A stretch of DNA of 64,000 bases from Eledone cirrhosa (Eukaryota). Below are positions 52,997-64,000 of the stretch, one piece after another. The first letter of the stretch is position 1; each line of letters opens with the position of its first letter. The stretch lies in NCBI GenBank assembly GCA_964016885.1, contig OZ024752.1:39432001-39496000 (forward strand), given 5' to 3'. Position numbers and translations under genes: made by a program. A model generated the notes under the pieces. That model searched no databases. It saw only the letters and a list, made by a program, of their open reading frames with translations, and was not told where the DNA came from.

Positions 52997-53990
52997 GGGC
53001 GGTGGATTGGCAATATCGGTAGAGGGTCGGACGCCATGCTTTCCAGCATAGTTACATTCCTTTACGATCTGAGTTCAAATCCCGCTGAGGTTGACCTTGC
53101 CTTTCATCCTTACGGGATCGATAAAATAAAGTACCAGTAATGCACTGGGTCATTGCTGGCCTTGTGCCTAAAGTAGAAACAATTATTAGTTCTTACAGGG
53201 CGGTGGATTGGCAGTATCGGTAGAGGGTCGGACGCCATGCTTTCCAGCATAGTTACATCCCTTTACGATCTGAGTTCAAATCCCGCCGAGGTTGACTTTG
53301 CCTTTCATCCTTACGGGATCGATAAAATAAAGTACCAGTAATGCACTGGGTCATTGCTGGCCTTGTGCCTAAAGTAGAAACAATTATTAGTTCTTACAGG
53401 GCGGTGGATTGGCAGTATCGGTAGAGGGTCGGACGCCATGCTTTCCAGCATAGTTACATCCCTTCACGATCTGAGTTCAAATCCCGCTGAGGTTGACCTT
53501 GCCTTTCATCCTTACGGGATCGATAAAATAAAGTACCAGTAATGCACTGGGTCATTGCTGGCCTTGTGCCTAAAGTAGAAACAATTATTAGTTCTTACAG
53601 GGCGGTGGATTGGCAGTATCGGTAGAGGGTCGGACGCCATGCTTTCCAGCATAGTTACATCCCTTCACGATCTGAGTTCAAATCCCGCCGAGGTTGACCT
53701 TGCCTTTCATCCTTACGGGATCGATAAAATAAAGTACCAGTAATGCACTGGGTCATTGCTGGCCTTGTGCCTAAAGTAGAAACAATTATTAGTTCTTACA
53801 GAGCGGTGGATTGGCAGTATCGGTAGAGGGTCGGACGCCATGCTTTCCAGCATAGTTACATCCCTTCACGATCTGAGTTCAAATCCCGCCGAGGTTGACC
53901 TTGCCTTTCATCCTTACGGGATCGATAAAATAAAGTACCAGTAATGCACTGGGTAATTTGCTGGCCTTGTGCCTAAAGTAGAAACAATTT
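52997..53990 (+). mobile_element. Five head-to-tail family-1 SINEs (201-bp unit)
   Basis: Near-identical full-length copies; flanked by tataagaaggtt. Confidence 0.9.
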
Positions 53991-54851
53991 TATAAGAAGG
54001 TTTTTTTTCTTAATGATGGAAATAATTATATAATTTAATTATAATGTCATGAATAACAGAATTGAGGCTACTCATCACCATGAATCATTAAAACAAATTA
54101 TGCATTCATACGAGGGTGGGGTCCATAGGCTGACAGCTAGAGCTGTGAAATCTGGCATGCATTAATTTTCATCTCTTCTTCTTAATAACTGCATTGTTTC
54201 TTATATATAAAAACTATATTGAAAAATAAATCTCATTTGGTCATTCCATGAGAGTATCTTGGTCAGCCTATGAAGGATGGATGCTAGAGCTGTGAAATCT
54301 TGCATGCATTAATTTCAATTCTTCTTCTTAATAACTGCATTGTTTCTTATATATAAAAACTATATTGAAAAATAAATCTCATTTGAGAGTATCTTGGTCA
54401 GCGTATGAAGGATGGATGCTAGAGTTGTAAAATCTTGCAGCTCATACTACGGGCATGGGGATAGAATGTCTCAGGAAAGAATTGCTGGACAGAGTAAGGA
54501 GCTCTGAGATCAGAGAGTCACTCGATGTAGAGCTGCTACTTCTCCGAATTGAGAGGCCACAGCTCATACTACGGGCATGGGGATAAAATGTCTCAGGAAA
54601 GAATCGCTGGACAGATTTTTATGGGCGAAACCAACCAGCAGGACACTCATGGGTAGACACCGAGCAAGATGGTTTGATAACATCCATGATCTTGCTTCTA
54701 ACAAGTCATGCTCGAATGGGTGTTTGAGGACTCTGCCCCCCCCCCCCCTCCCATTAGAAGGTGAAGGAGAAGAAGGTAAGTAAGCATAGAATAAGAGAGC
54801 TTATGACAGGAACTATTAGAGACAATCAACATGAAGTGTTAAATATTTTAC

Positions 54852-54922
54852 CGTTTCAACATTGTTTCTGAGGAATGTGGTAACTCCTATTTCTTTATCA
54901 AACAGAAGAGTACAGGCAGATT
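54852..54922 (-). CDS. PRKDC: DNA-PKcs exon 2 (ESACTLLFDKEIGVTTFLRNNVET)
   Basis: AG/GT flanks; resembles human SLVFSRDFGLLVFVRK. Confidence 0.9.
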
Positions 54923-54950
54923 CTAGAAGAAAATAAGAAAACATGGATCA

Positions 54951-55178
54951 TTAACCCTTTAGCATTTACATTACTCTATATTTACTATTGTATTTCACAG
55001 TAAAGGCTTTATCTTACATAATTATCTCACGTAATATCGAATCTATGAGATTTTGATGTTATTTATTTTGAGAACAATACCTTAATGTAAGTATGAGTGG
55101 CCAGTTACAGCTGGTTTGAACAGAAAAAGGTGAGAGAGTTCTGGCCGGATACCGCCAGTTTAAATGCTAAAGGGTTAA
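54951..55178. mobile_element. piggyBac-type MITE
   Basis: TTAA-CCCTTTAGCATTTA...TAAATGCTAAAGGG-TTAA; copies at 15490-15704, 24100-24315, 35090-35343, 41470-41693, 41701-41930. Confidence 0.8.
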
Positions 55179-56083
55179 ACAAGTAAACAAGGGAACATAA
55201 TAAAGTATGTATCAGTATATACATATGAGGTGTGTCAGACAGAACAAAACAAACATATTTCAAATCCAAACTGGAACGCTCATTGTTGAAACTAACAAGA
55301 GTTTCATTTGAAACTTGTCACTAGTTTCAAATACTGCTGGGACTAACTTGCGTTTTCACCTTATACCACATTGGTAAGGAAATAAATGTGGTGGTATGGA
55401 ATACATGATCACCATAATACCCTAAGCTAAACTGGCAACCCTTTCCAGCTCGCCTGGGTGAGGAAAACTTGAGGGTTCCTTGTAACAAGAGCTGTGAAGG
55501 CGTTGGCACGGGCTAACTTGGGTTTTCACCTTATACTCCATTGGTAGCAAAATAAATACCACAAATACAAGGATGATTAAAAACATAAAAAACTTGTAAA
55601 CAATTCGAGGAAGACCACGAAAAACATGGGTGGAGGTGGTGAGAGCAGACCTCAGATCGCTGAAGTTCATGGAGGAGATGACGAAGGATCATGACGAATG
55701 GAGAGATGCTGTGCTGAATAGGACTCGTCCCACTCTTGCAAGCAGGGAAAAGCGGACATAAAATGATGATGATGAATGTGTGGCATACAAACAACCACTT
55801 GGATATATTGAATAAATAATATTTGCGGTTACAAATATTTTTTATTTTATTTATCTTTTATAGCTAAGGGAGTGCTTTTGCAGTTTTGTCTGTGGACATA
55901 TCCCCTCTTCCGTCATGCCCTAGGCCCAAAGCCCAATCACCCTCTCCTCTCTTCTGCGACATTAGAGTTCTTGCCATCTCCTCCCCTTCCTGTTCTTTTT
56001 CTTCTTTTTTCTCTATATTTTTCTATTCTTTTGTTTCCTTTTCTATTTTTATTATTGTTGCTATTGTTGTCATTATTGTCATT

Positions 56084-56868
56084 TGGGGCGACCCTGGGCA
56101 TCAACGAAAATCAACTAGCCAATCTCTTCGGGAGAACATTTGGGCCAGGGCCTATGGACAACTTCCAGAAATCCCTGGCCTGGCAGTGCTACCGGGGAGC
56201 TTTGCTAGTTTAGGATAAACTCTACAGGCATGGAAGTGCCATCAGCCGGGCCTGTCTGAAATGCGAGCAGGGCGACGAAACTGTCCTGCGCCCACTTATC
56301 CTAAAATGTTGTCGCGTGTAGAATGGATCTGGCTATCAGCTGAGTCCATCGTGAGGATTGCCCTACCGTCTTCCTTTAGCCGGGAAGGGCAGGCAGTTTT
56401 TTATCTGCCTGGTGGCCATGGTGAAAGAGGTTGTGTGGTGGACACGTTTGTAAGGGCTTAAGATGAGCACTTACCTCTTCGGTGATACCCTGATTAATTT
56501 TTTCAAATTTCATTTGAAAAGGGAAATCAGGGTGGAGAAGAAAGTGCTCTCTTCCAAGCAATTTGTTGAAAGGTGGTTGAGAGGGGCAAGCATGGCCCAA
56601 GTGTGTGGGCCTGCTCTGAGTATGCGCCTGTAAATTGGAGATGGTGGTCAGGGTCACCGTGGCTTTTTTAATGGGCTTTCTCCACAAGTCTCGCCCCCCC
56701 CCCCTCTTGGGGAATTTTCATTTGTTTCTTTTTTTGTCATTTCCTTTGTTATTGTTTTTTTTTTCTTTACACACAGAAATGCTCATTTGTACCGTCCTGT
56801 GTTGTCCTTAATGTTTTACTTTGTGTCAACCCTTGTGGTTAATAAAGAAATCATTATTATTATTATTA
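56084..56868 (+). mobile_element. L1/Tx1-like LINE 3' fragment
   Basis: FQKSLAWQCYRG...CLKCEQGDETV; a more diverged copy lies at about 59995-60500. Confidence 0.8.
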
Positions 56869-56984
56869 GTTGAAATCCCGCCGAGGTTAACTTTGCCTTT
56901 CATCCTTACGGGGTCGATTAAAATAAAGTACCAGTAATGTACTGGATAATTGGTGGCGTTGTGCCAAAAAGCAGAAAAAATTAT

Positions 56985-57290
56985 TATTATTAGTAGTAGT
57001 AGTAGTAGTAGTAGTATTACTGTAAATAAAAGTTGATATTTAAAGTTTCAAGGAACTGAAATGTTTTGATGAGTTTTGAGCTTAATGTCTGTGAAACTGA
57101 GGAAGAGGAAATGTGTGAGGTCTGAACGGGCATCCTTTACCTCCCGACCAGCAAGATGAAGAATGCTTTGCCTCGAAGGAGTGCGAGAGAGATGCGTTGG
57201 AATAGCCACTGCATCTCGCGGGTCATGTGCCTGCGGGCAGCAAACTCCGCCCCGATAGCAGTCTCAGTAAGAATGTGGCAGAGGGACCAA
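56985..57290 (-). mobile_element. CRE-like (RLE) non-LTR retrotransposon 3' end
   Basis: QWLFQRISLALLRGKA, then stop, short UTR and (TAC)n/(TAA)n tract. Confidence 0.6.
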
Positions 57291-58272
57291 ATTTGCTAAC
57301 TTCATCAAATGAATGTGATATCATCTGACACATTAATATGAAAGAAAAGCCATTAAAAATTTATCAATATCAAATTGACGTAACAAACGAAGTGTACTTG
57401 TGGATTGACTGCTATGATTTTTAAGTATGTAAAGATATCTGAGATATAATCGAGATTGTAAATATTTAAAAAATAAATACGGGCATTAATGTTTCCTTTA
57501 TAGGGATTGATCAGTAATCGTGTAAAATTATTATCTAGTTAATAAAGTTACGTAGAAAATATCGTTGATCGTCTAAAAAACGAGAAATACGTCGAGAGTT
57601 ATCTCCCATACTTACCGATATTGTTTTAGAATTTCAGTGCTTTAATTAATTAATTAGATTCGCTTTCACTCACTTAACTGATTATATTTCCAGGATTTTT
57701 ATTGTTAAAATTACCTGATGATAATAGATTCTCCGTCGGTTTCGACGATGAGCTTTTGGCTGTTCAATTAACTGAATATTCAGCTCGTAAATGAAAGTGC
57801 ATGTGTTTGAAAAACAACTGTTTGACAAGGAAGTTATTTAGCGACCAAATTACAAATGACTCTGGTCCCAGTAAGCACTCAAATAAAAAAGATTGCTGAT
57901 ACTTATAGAATATAGAATTAGTTCTTATCAGCATACTCTGTAACATTACAACTATATTTCGCCATTTTGCTTCAACGAAACGACGAAACTAAATGTAGTC
58001 TACAAACATTACAACTATATTTCACCATTTTGCTTCAACGAAACGACGAAACTAAATGTAGTCTACAAACATTTTAATTGTAATTTAAAAAATATATATA
58101 TATTTTCTGTGTTTATTGACCTTGTGAGATAGTTAACATAAGACAAATATCAAAATTTGTTTAATCTAAGAATCATAAACAATTATGAAACTAAATCAAA
58201 ATAATTATTTACAATAGTGCACAATAAACAAAAATATATTTATGAAGTACAAAAAATTATTTAGAAGTATAC

Positions 58273-58399
58273 CAATGTTTTTAACTGTCAATTGATCGGA
58301 GCAGATGAGGGCAATATCATCGATAAGTTGTCCGTTATTATCATTGCTATCGCCCAAATCAATTAAACACCACTTAATCCGTTTGATTTCACGCGCCAT
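58273..58399 (-). CDS. PRKDC: DNA-PKcs coding exon 1 (MAREIKRIKW...TVKNI)
   Basis: ATG at 58399, GT donor at 58272, phase 1 joins exon 2; weak similarity to the DNA-PKcs N-terminus. Confidence 0.8.
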
Positions 58400-58531
58400 T
58401 TAGTTACGAACAAGACACAGCTTGACAAGAATGTTGTCAAGTGACATAACTCTTAATTGTATGTCTGAAAAAAGTAAAAGAAGGGAGGTAAGCTATTTCT
58501 GTAAAGTCGACTTGTTCCTTGAAATGAAATT

Positions 58532-58862
58532 TACAAGAGTAGGCTGAAAGTTCATAGGCTGACTATGAAAGAGTGATGCTAGAGATGTGAAATCTTGCAT
58601 GCATTAATTTCAACTCTTCTTCACTGTTTCTTTCCGGTGAATATGTTGAAAAATAAACCTCATTTGGTCATTCCATAAGAGTATCTTGGCAGCCTATGAA
58701 GGAGTGATGCTAGAGCAGTGAAATCTAGCATTCATTAATGTCAACTCTTCTTATTAATAACTACATTGTTTCTTTCTAGGAACTATGTTGAAAAATAAAC
58801 ATCATTTGGTCATTCCATGAGAGTATCTTGGTCATCCTACTAACTTTTCAGCTGACCCTCGC
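58532..58862. mobile_element. Mariner-type MITE
   Basis: TIR approximating TA-CGAGGGTCAGCTGAAAAGTTCATAGGCTGA; copies at 2245-2440, 19857-20055, 54108-54430; tandem fragments at 8476-8750. Confidence 0.7.
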
Positions 58863-58883
58863 AGGACACCATTATATACAATG

Positions 58884-59680
58884 GGCGATGGATTGGCAGT
58901 ATCGGTAGAGGGTCGGACGCCATGCTTTGACGCATAGAGTTACGGTCTTTGCCATTCTGAGTTCAAATCCCGCCGAGGTTAACTTTGCCTTTCATCCTTA
59001 CGGGGTCGATAAAATAAAGTACCAGTAATGCACTGGGTAATTGCTGGCCTTGTGCCAAAAAGTAGAAACAATTATATACAATGGGTGTGGATTGGTAGTA
59101 ACCGGGTGTGGATTGGCAGTGTCGGTAGAGGGTCGGACGCCATGCTTTCCAGCAGAGTTACGGCCTCCTTTTACGGTCTGAGTTCAAATCCCGCCGAGGT
59201 TAACTTTGCCTTTCATCCTTACGGGGTCGATAAAATAAAGTACCAGTAATACACTGCGTAATTGCTGGCCTTGTGCCAAAAGTAGAAACAATTATTATGT
59301 GGATTGGCAGTATCGTTAGAGGGTCTGACACCATGCTTTACAGCATAAAGTTGCAGCCCTTTATGGTCTGAGTTCAAATCCCACCGAGGTTAACTTTGCC
59401 TTTCATCCTTACGGGGTCGATAAAATAAAGTACCAGTAATGTACTGGGTAATTGATGGCCTTGTGCCAAAAGTAGAAACAATTATATACAATGGATTGGC
59501 AGTATCGGTGGAGGGTCTGACACCATGCTTTACAGCATAAAGTTGCAGCCCTTTATGGTCTGAGTTCAAATCCCACCGAGGTTAACTTTGCCTTTCATCC
59601 TTACGGGATTGATAAAATAAAGTACCAGTAATGCACTGGTATAATTGCTGGCCTTGTGCCAAAAGTAGATACAATTATAT
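58884..59680 (+). mobile_element. Four tandem family-1 SINEs
   Basis: A/B boxes in each copy; attatatacaatgg recurs at junctions. Confidence 0.88.
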
Positions 59681-59709
59681 ATAATGGGTAGTCTTCTTCT
59701 TCTTCTTCT

Positions 59710-59747
<38 letters not shown>

Positions 59748-60867
59748 TTCGTCGTCGTCTTCTTCTTCTTCTTCTTCTTCTTCTTCTTCTTCTTCTTCTT
59801 GTCCTATCAGAAGAAACCGTCTCCAACGGATTCGGCTGGATCCCCAAGGGAAACCAGCCAAACTCATGGATGTTATCCAACCATCTTGCTCGTGGTTTAA
59901 CCCTAGGTCTCTTGCCAGTTGGTTTTGTTTGTAAAATCTGTCCAGCGATTCTTTCCTGAGACATTCTAACCATATGTACGTAATTTCGGAGCCGTCATCG
60001 TCTTCCTTTAGATGAGAAAGACAGGCAGTTTTTTTTTATCTACCTGGCGGTCATTGCGAAAGAGATCATATGGTGGACACGCTTGAAAGGTTTGAAGACA
60101 AATACTTTCCTCGTCGGTGAAGCTCTAATTAACCTTTATAGAAAAATTAACGTGGAGCTGGAAATGCTGTCTGCCACTCAGTTTGTTGAAAAGTAGGTGT
60201 GAGAGGCGAGTATTGTCCGAATGAATGGGCTTGCTCTGCATATGCGCCTGTAAATTGGAGGAGGACATCTGAAAGAGGGCACTTGCCTAGAGGTCAAGGT
60301 TACCGTGGTTTTTTGTGGGCTTTCTTCATAAGTGACATTCGGAGGTATTCCCACTTTTGGATAATTTGTTATGCATTATTCTTAAATATTTATATTTTTT
60401 AGTCTCCTTTATAAACCTTTCTGTCACACAAATCCCCGCCCACACTGTACCGTCTTTATTGTCCTCTTAATGTAATCTCTGTGTGTCTAATAAAGAAAAC
60501 ATGGCCCTTTACGTTCTGAGTTCAAATCCCACCAAGATTAGCGTTGCCTTTCATCCTTACGGGGTCGATAAAATAAAGTACCAGTAATGTACTGGGGTTG
60601 ATTTAATCGACTTTCCCCTCTCCCCAAGTGGCTGGCCTTGTGTCTATAGTAGACATTTTTACTATAATAAGGGCGGTGGGTTGGCAGTATCGGTAGAGAG
60701 TCGGACGCCATGCTATTCAGTGTAGAGTTACGGCCATTTACGGTCTGAATTCAAATTCCGCCGAGGTTAACTTTGCCTTTCATCCATACGGGGTTGACAA
60801 AATAAAGTACCAGTGATGCACTGGGATAATTGCTGGCCTTGTGCCAAAAGTAGAAACAGTTATAATT

Positions 60868-61937
60868 AGGCGATGTTTGTATCCTTTTGTATCCCTAAGC
60901 GAAACCATCCGAACTCATGGATCATATCCAACCATTTTGCTCCAGGTCTATCCCTGGGTCTCCTGCCAGTTGATTTTGCCTGTAAAATCTGTCCAGCGAT
61001 TCTTTCCTGAGATATTCTAACCACATGTCCGTAATATCGGAGCTGTGATATCTCAATTCGGAGAAGTAGAGGCTCTACCTGGAGTAACTCTCTGATCTCC
61101 GAGCTACAGATCTGTCCAGCGATTCTTTCCTGAGATATTCTAACCACATGTCCGTAATATCGGAGCTGTGATATCTCAATTCGGAGAAGTAGAGGCTCTA
61201 CCTGGAGTAACTCTCTGATCTCCGAGCTACAGATCTGTCCAGCGATTCTTTCCTGAGATATTCTAACCACATGTCCGTAATATCGGAGCTGTGATATCTC
61301 AATTCGGAGAAGTAGAGGCTCTACCTGGAGTAACTCTCTGATCTCCGAGCTACAGATCTGTCCAGCGATTCTTTCCTGAGATATTCTAACCACATGTCCG
61401 TAATATCGGAGCTGTGATATCTCAATTCGGAGAAGTAGAGGCTCTACCTGGAGTAACTCTCTGATCTCCGAGCTACAGATCTGTCCAGCGATTCTTTCCT
61501 GAGATATTCTAACCACATGTCCGTAATATCGGAGCTGTGATATCTCAATTCGGAGAAGTAGAGGCTCTACCTGGAGTAACTCTCTGATCTCCGAGCTACA
61601 GATCTGTCCAGCGATTCTTTCCTGAGATATTCTAACCACATGTCCGTAATATCGGAGCTGTGATATCTCAATTCGGAGAAGTAGAGGCTCTACCTGGAGT
61701 AACTCTCTGATCTCCGAGCTACAGATCTGTCCAGCGATTCTTTCCTGAGATATTCTAACCACATGTCCGTAATATCGGAGCTGTGATATCTCAATTCGGA
61801 GAAGTAGAGGCTCTACCTGGAGTAACTCTCTGATCTCCGAGCTACAGATCTGTCCAGCGATTCTTTCCTGAGATATTCTAACCACATGTCCGTAATATCG
61901 GAGCTGTGATATCTCAATTCGGAGAAGTAGAGGCTCT
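60868..61937 (-). mobile_element. RTE LINE fragment, family D, with a 123-bp tandem amplification (about 8 units)
   Basis: QLRYYGHVVR...GRRPRDRP; related pieces at 54440-54780 and 59695-59990. Confidence 0.85.
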
Positions 61938-62398
61938 AAATGAAGCGACTGTCTGGGTATAAACAGACAACAGACTTAGCTTGTAAAATATATAAAAATT
62001 TCAAACGCTGGAAGAAAGTAAATTTTTCAACATGTGTTTGGGTAGCGGAGCTTAACAAAAGAGGTTCAATCCACCAAATTTGAGAGATAAATGACAGTGG
62101 GATGGGTTATGGGGGAAGGGAAGAAAGAAAACGAGTGAACGACCGAGAGAGAGATAGAAAGAAGAAGAGAGGAAAATAGAGAGAAAGTGAAATAGAAAAA
62201 ACGAAGGAGAGAAAGAGAGCAAGAGAAAAAGAGAGGGGGGGGGGGCGGAGAGAACAAAGAAGAAATAGAAAGATGAGAGAGAGGGAGTCACGCAACAATA
62301 AAACCAGTTTTAGTTATGGAGAAATGGTGTGTATAAAAATAAGCAGAAAAGGCACAGAGAAAGAATGTTACATAGGTCGAAAAGACAACCACACATCT

Positions 62399-62503
62399 AC
62401 CTCGTCAGCCATCTTGCCTGCGTGCAATTTCGTACATTAAAGTGGAATTGCACGCGTAATACCAGTTGCTACAATAGATTGCAGAACCGTTTCGTTGGTA
62501 AGA
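62399..62503. promoter_or_regulatory. Candidate bidirectional promoter / PRKDC leader exon
   Basis: Short unique island with several CpGs; minus-strand CAAGATGGC (YY1-like) then GAG|GTAGAT donor; 10-bp inverted repeat 62420-62429/62446-62455; plus-strand TG|GTAAGA donor at 62498. Confidence 0.45.
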
Positions 62504-62809
62504 TGTGAGACGGTAACAAAAGAAAAAAATACATCGAGTGTCTTTCGACAAAACCATAAATACATAAAAAAATATTACGACTAGGAATAAATGGACAACA
62601 AATTTAGTGTGTAAAATGAGTAGGCTTCCATACAGTTTCCGTCTACCAATTTCAATTCATAATACATTAGTCAATCTAAGATTCCACGCAGTGGAATTGA
62701 AGAGATTGTATCTGAAACCATTTCACTGGGCATATACACAAGCGCACATACATACATATATGTATACATATATACACGCACACACAAACATATATATACA
62801 TATACATAC

Positions 62810-62842
<33 letters not shown>

Positions 62843-62898
62843 CATATATATACGTATATGTATACATATATACATGCACACACATATTTATATATCTA

Positions 62899-62969
<71 letters not shown>

Positions 62970-63724
62970 ATATATATATATATATATATACATTCATATA
63001 CATGTGTATTATGTACTTTACAGTCTGAGTTCAAATCCCGCCGAGGTTAACTTTGTCTTTCATCCTTACGGGGTCGATAAAATAAAGTACCAGTAATGTA
63101 CTGGGTATTTGCTGGGTGTGCCTAAAGTGTGCATGAATGTATGCATACATATATACATACATATAATACATACATGCATGCAAGCATACATATATACATG
63201 AATGCATTCACACATGTATACATACATATATGCATACATGCATACATACATGATGTCTGCCCCCTCGTTATCGAGTATGGCCATTGCACGATATACCATT
63301 ATTAATAATTATTAATTAATTCTATCGTGCAATGCCTGTGCGTGAAGATATTTTTTTAAATGAGGAAAGACTGTGCACTGAGCCAATCCCACTCTCTGAG
63401 CGACAGTAGCTATAACCCGAAAAGAAGAAAAGCTCAACATCATGGGTAACTACTGAGCCGCAGGTTTTATATCGGAGTTATCCCAGTTTCCTGAGTTGCC
63501 TTCTCCTAGAAGAATGCCCTGACAAAGGCTAGGGGTCCTTCACTCCCAGTGGTTTAACCGCGAGATCGGGTGTCCAGCCCGACTATTTCTATGTCCCTGC
63601 GCATATACATACACATGCACCCATGTATATACACATATACATATACATACATATGTACATGTGTATATACATATTTACACACTTTTGGCTGGATGGCCGT
63701 TGAATCTTATGAGTTCTTCCGCCC

Positions 63725-63758
<34 letters not shown>

Positions 63759-63772
63759 CATACATACATACA

Positions 63773-63833
<61 letters not shown>

Positions 63834-63864
63834 GGCAGATGGCACTAAGGAATACTAAGGAATA

Positions 63865-64000
63865 CAGATGGCACTAAGGAATACTGGTGGAACCTGAAAA
63901 TAAAAACTGCCACCAAATTAAAGCACAACCGGCCTGATATTGTAGTTTGGGACCACACATTGAAAACGTGTTCTGTTGTGGAGATCAGCTGCCCACTTGA
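63865..64000 (+). mobile_element. R4/Dong-like retrotransposon, restriction-like endonuclease fragment
   Basis: EYWWNLKIKTATKLKHNRPDIVVWD...VVEISCP. Confidence 0.8.

Noticed and set aside
52997-53990. tRNA gene cluster
   Set aside because: A/B boxes are present, but there is no cloverleaf and each head continues into a SINE body and tail
57100-57290. RNase P/MRP-like RNA (GC-rich island with gaggtctga)
   Set aside because: Conserved CR-I/CR-V pairing not found; better explained as a CRE-like ORF end on the minus strand
59566-59973. Poly-Arg and poly-Glu/Asp ORFs
   Set aside because: (GAA)/(GAC) microsatellite tail of an RTE fragment
60866-61885. 339-aa repeat protein
   Set aside because: In-frame 123-bp amplification of an RTE ORF fragment; not a host gene
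62607-63858. ORFs upstream of PRKDC as MCM4 or another gene
   Set aside because: They are TA/TACA/TATC microsatellite translations with no recognisable protein motifs

Overview
AT-rich, repeat-dense animal genomic DNA. The SINE, RTE-LINE and microsatellite landscape suggests an octopod cephalopod (inference). The window holds the 5' part of a DNA-PKcs gene (PRKDC) on the minus strand. I traced 31 GT-AG coding exons from the ATG at 58399 to 1357; they splice in continuous frame (3472 nt, about 1157 codons of the N-terminal HEAT region), and the gene continues beyond the left edge. A candidate non-coding/uORF leader exon and a possibly bidirectional promoter lie near 62400-62500. The introns carry tRNA-SINEs, RTE, L1/Tx1, CR1 and CRE-like LINE fragments, piggyBac/mariner/Tigger/hAT MITEs and many minisatellites, several amplified from pieces of those elements; an R4/Dong-like fragment lies upstream at the right edge. 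The most notable unannotated structure is a set of fold-back elements inserted in (TA)n tracts that carry intact or broken minimal hammerhead ribozymes of Penelope type, some in the sense of the PRKDC pre-mRNA. Most long ORFs in the ORF track are repeat artefacts.
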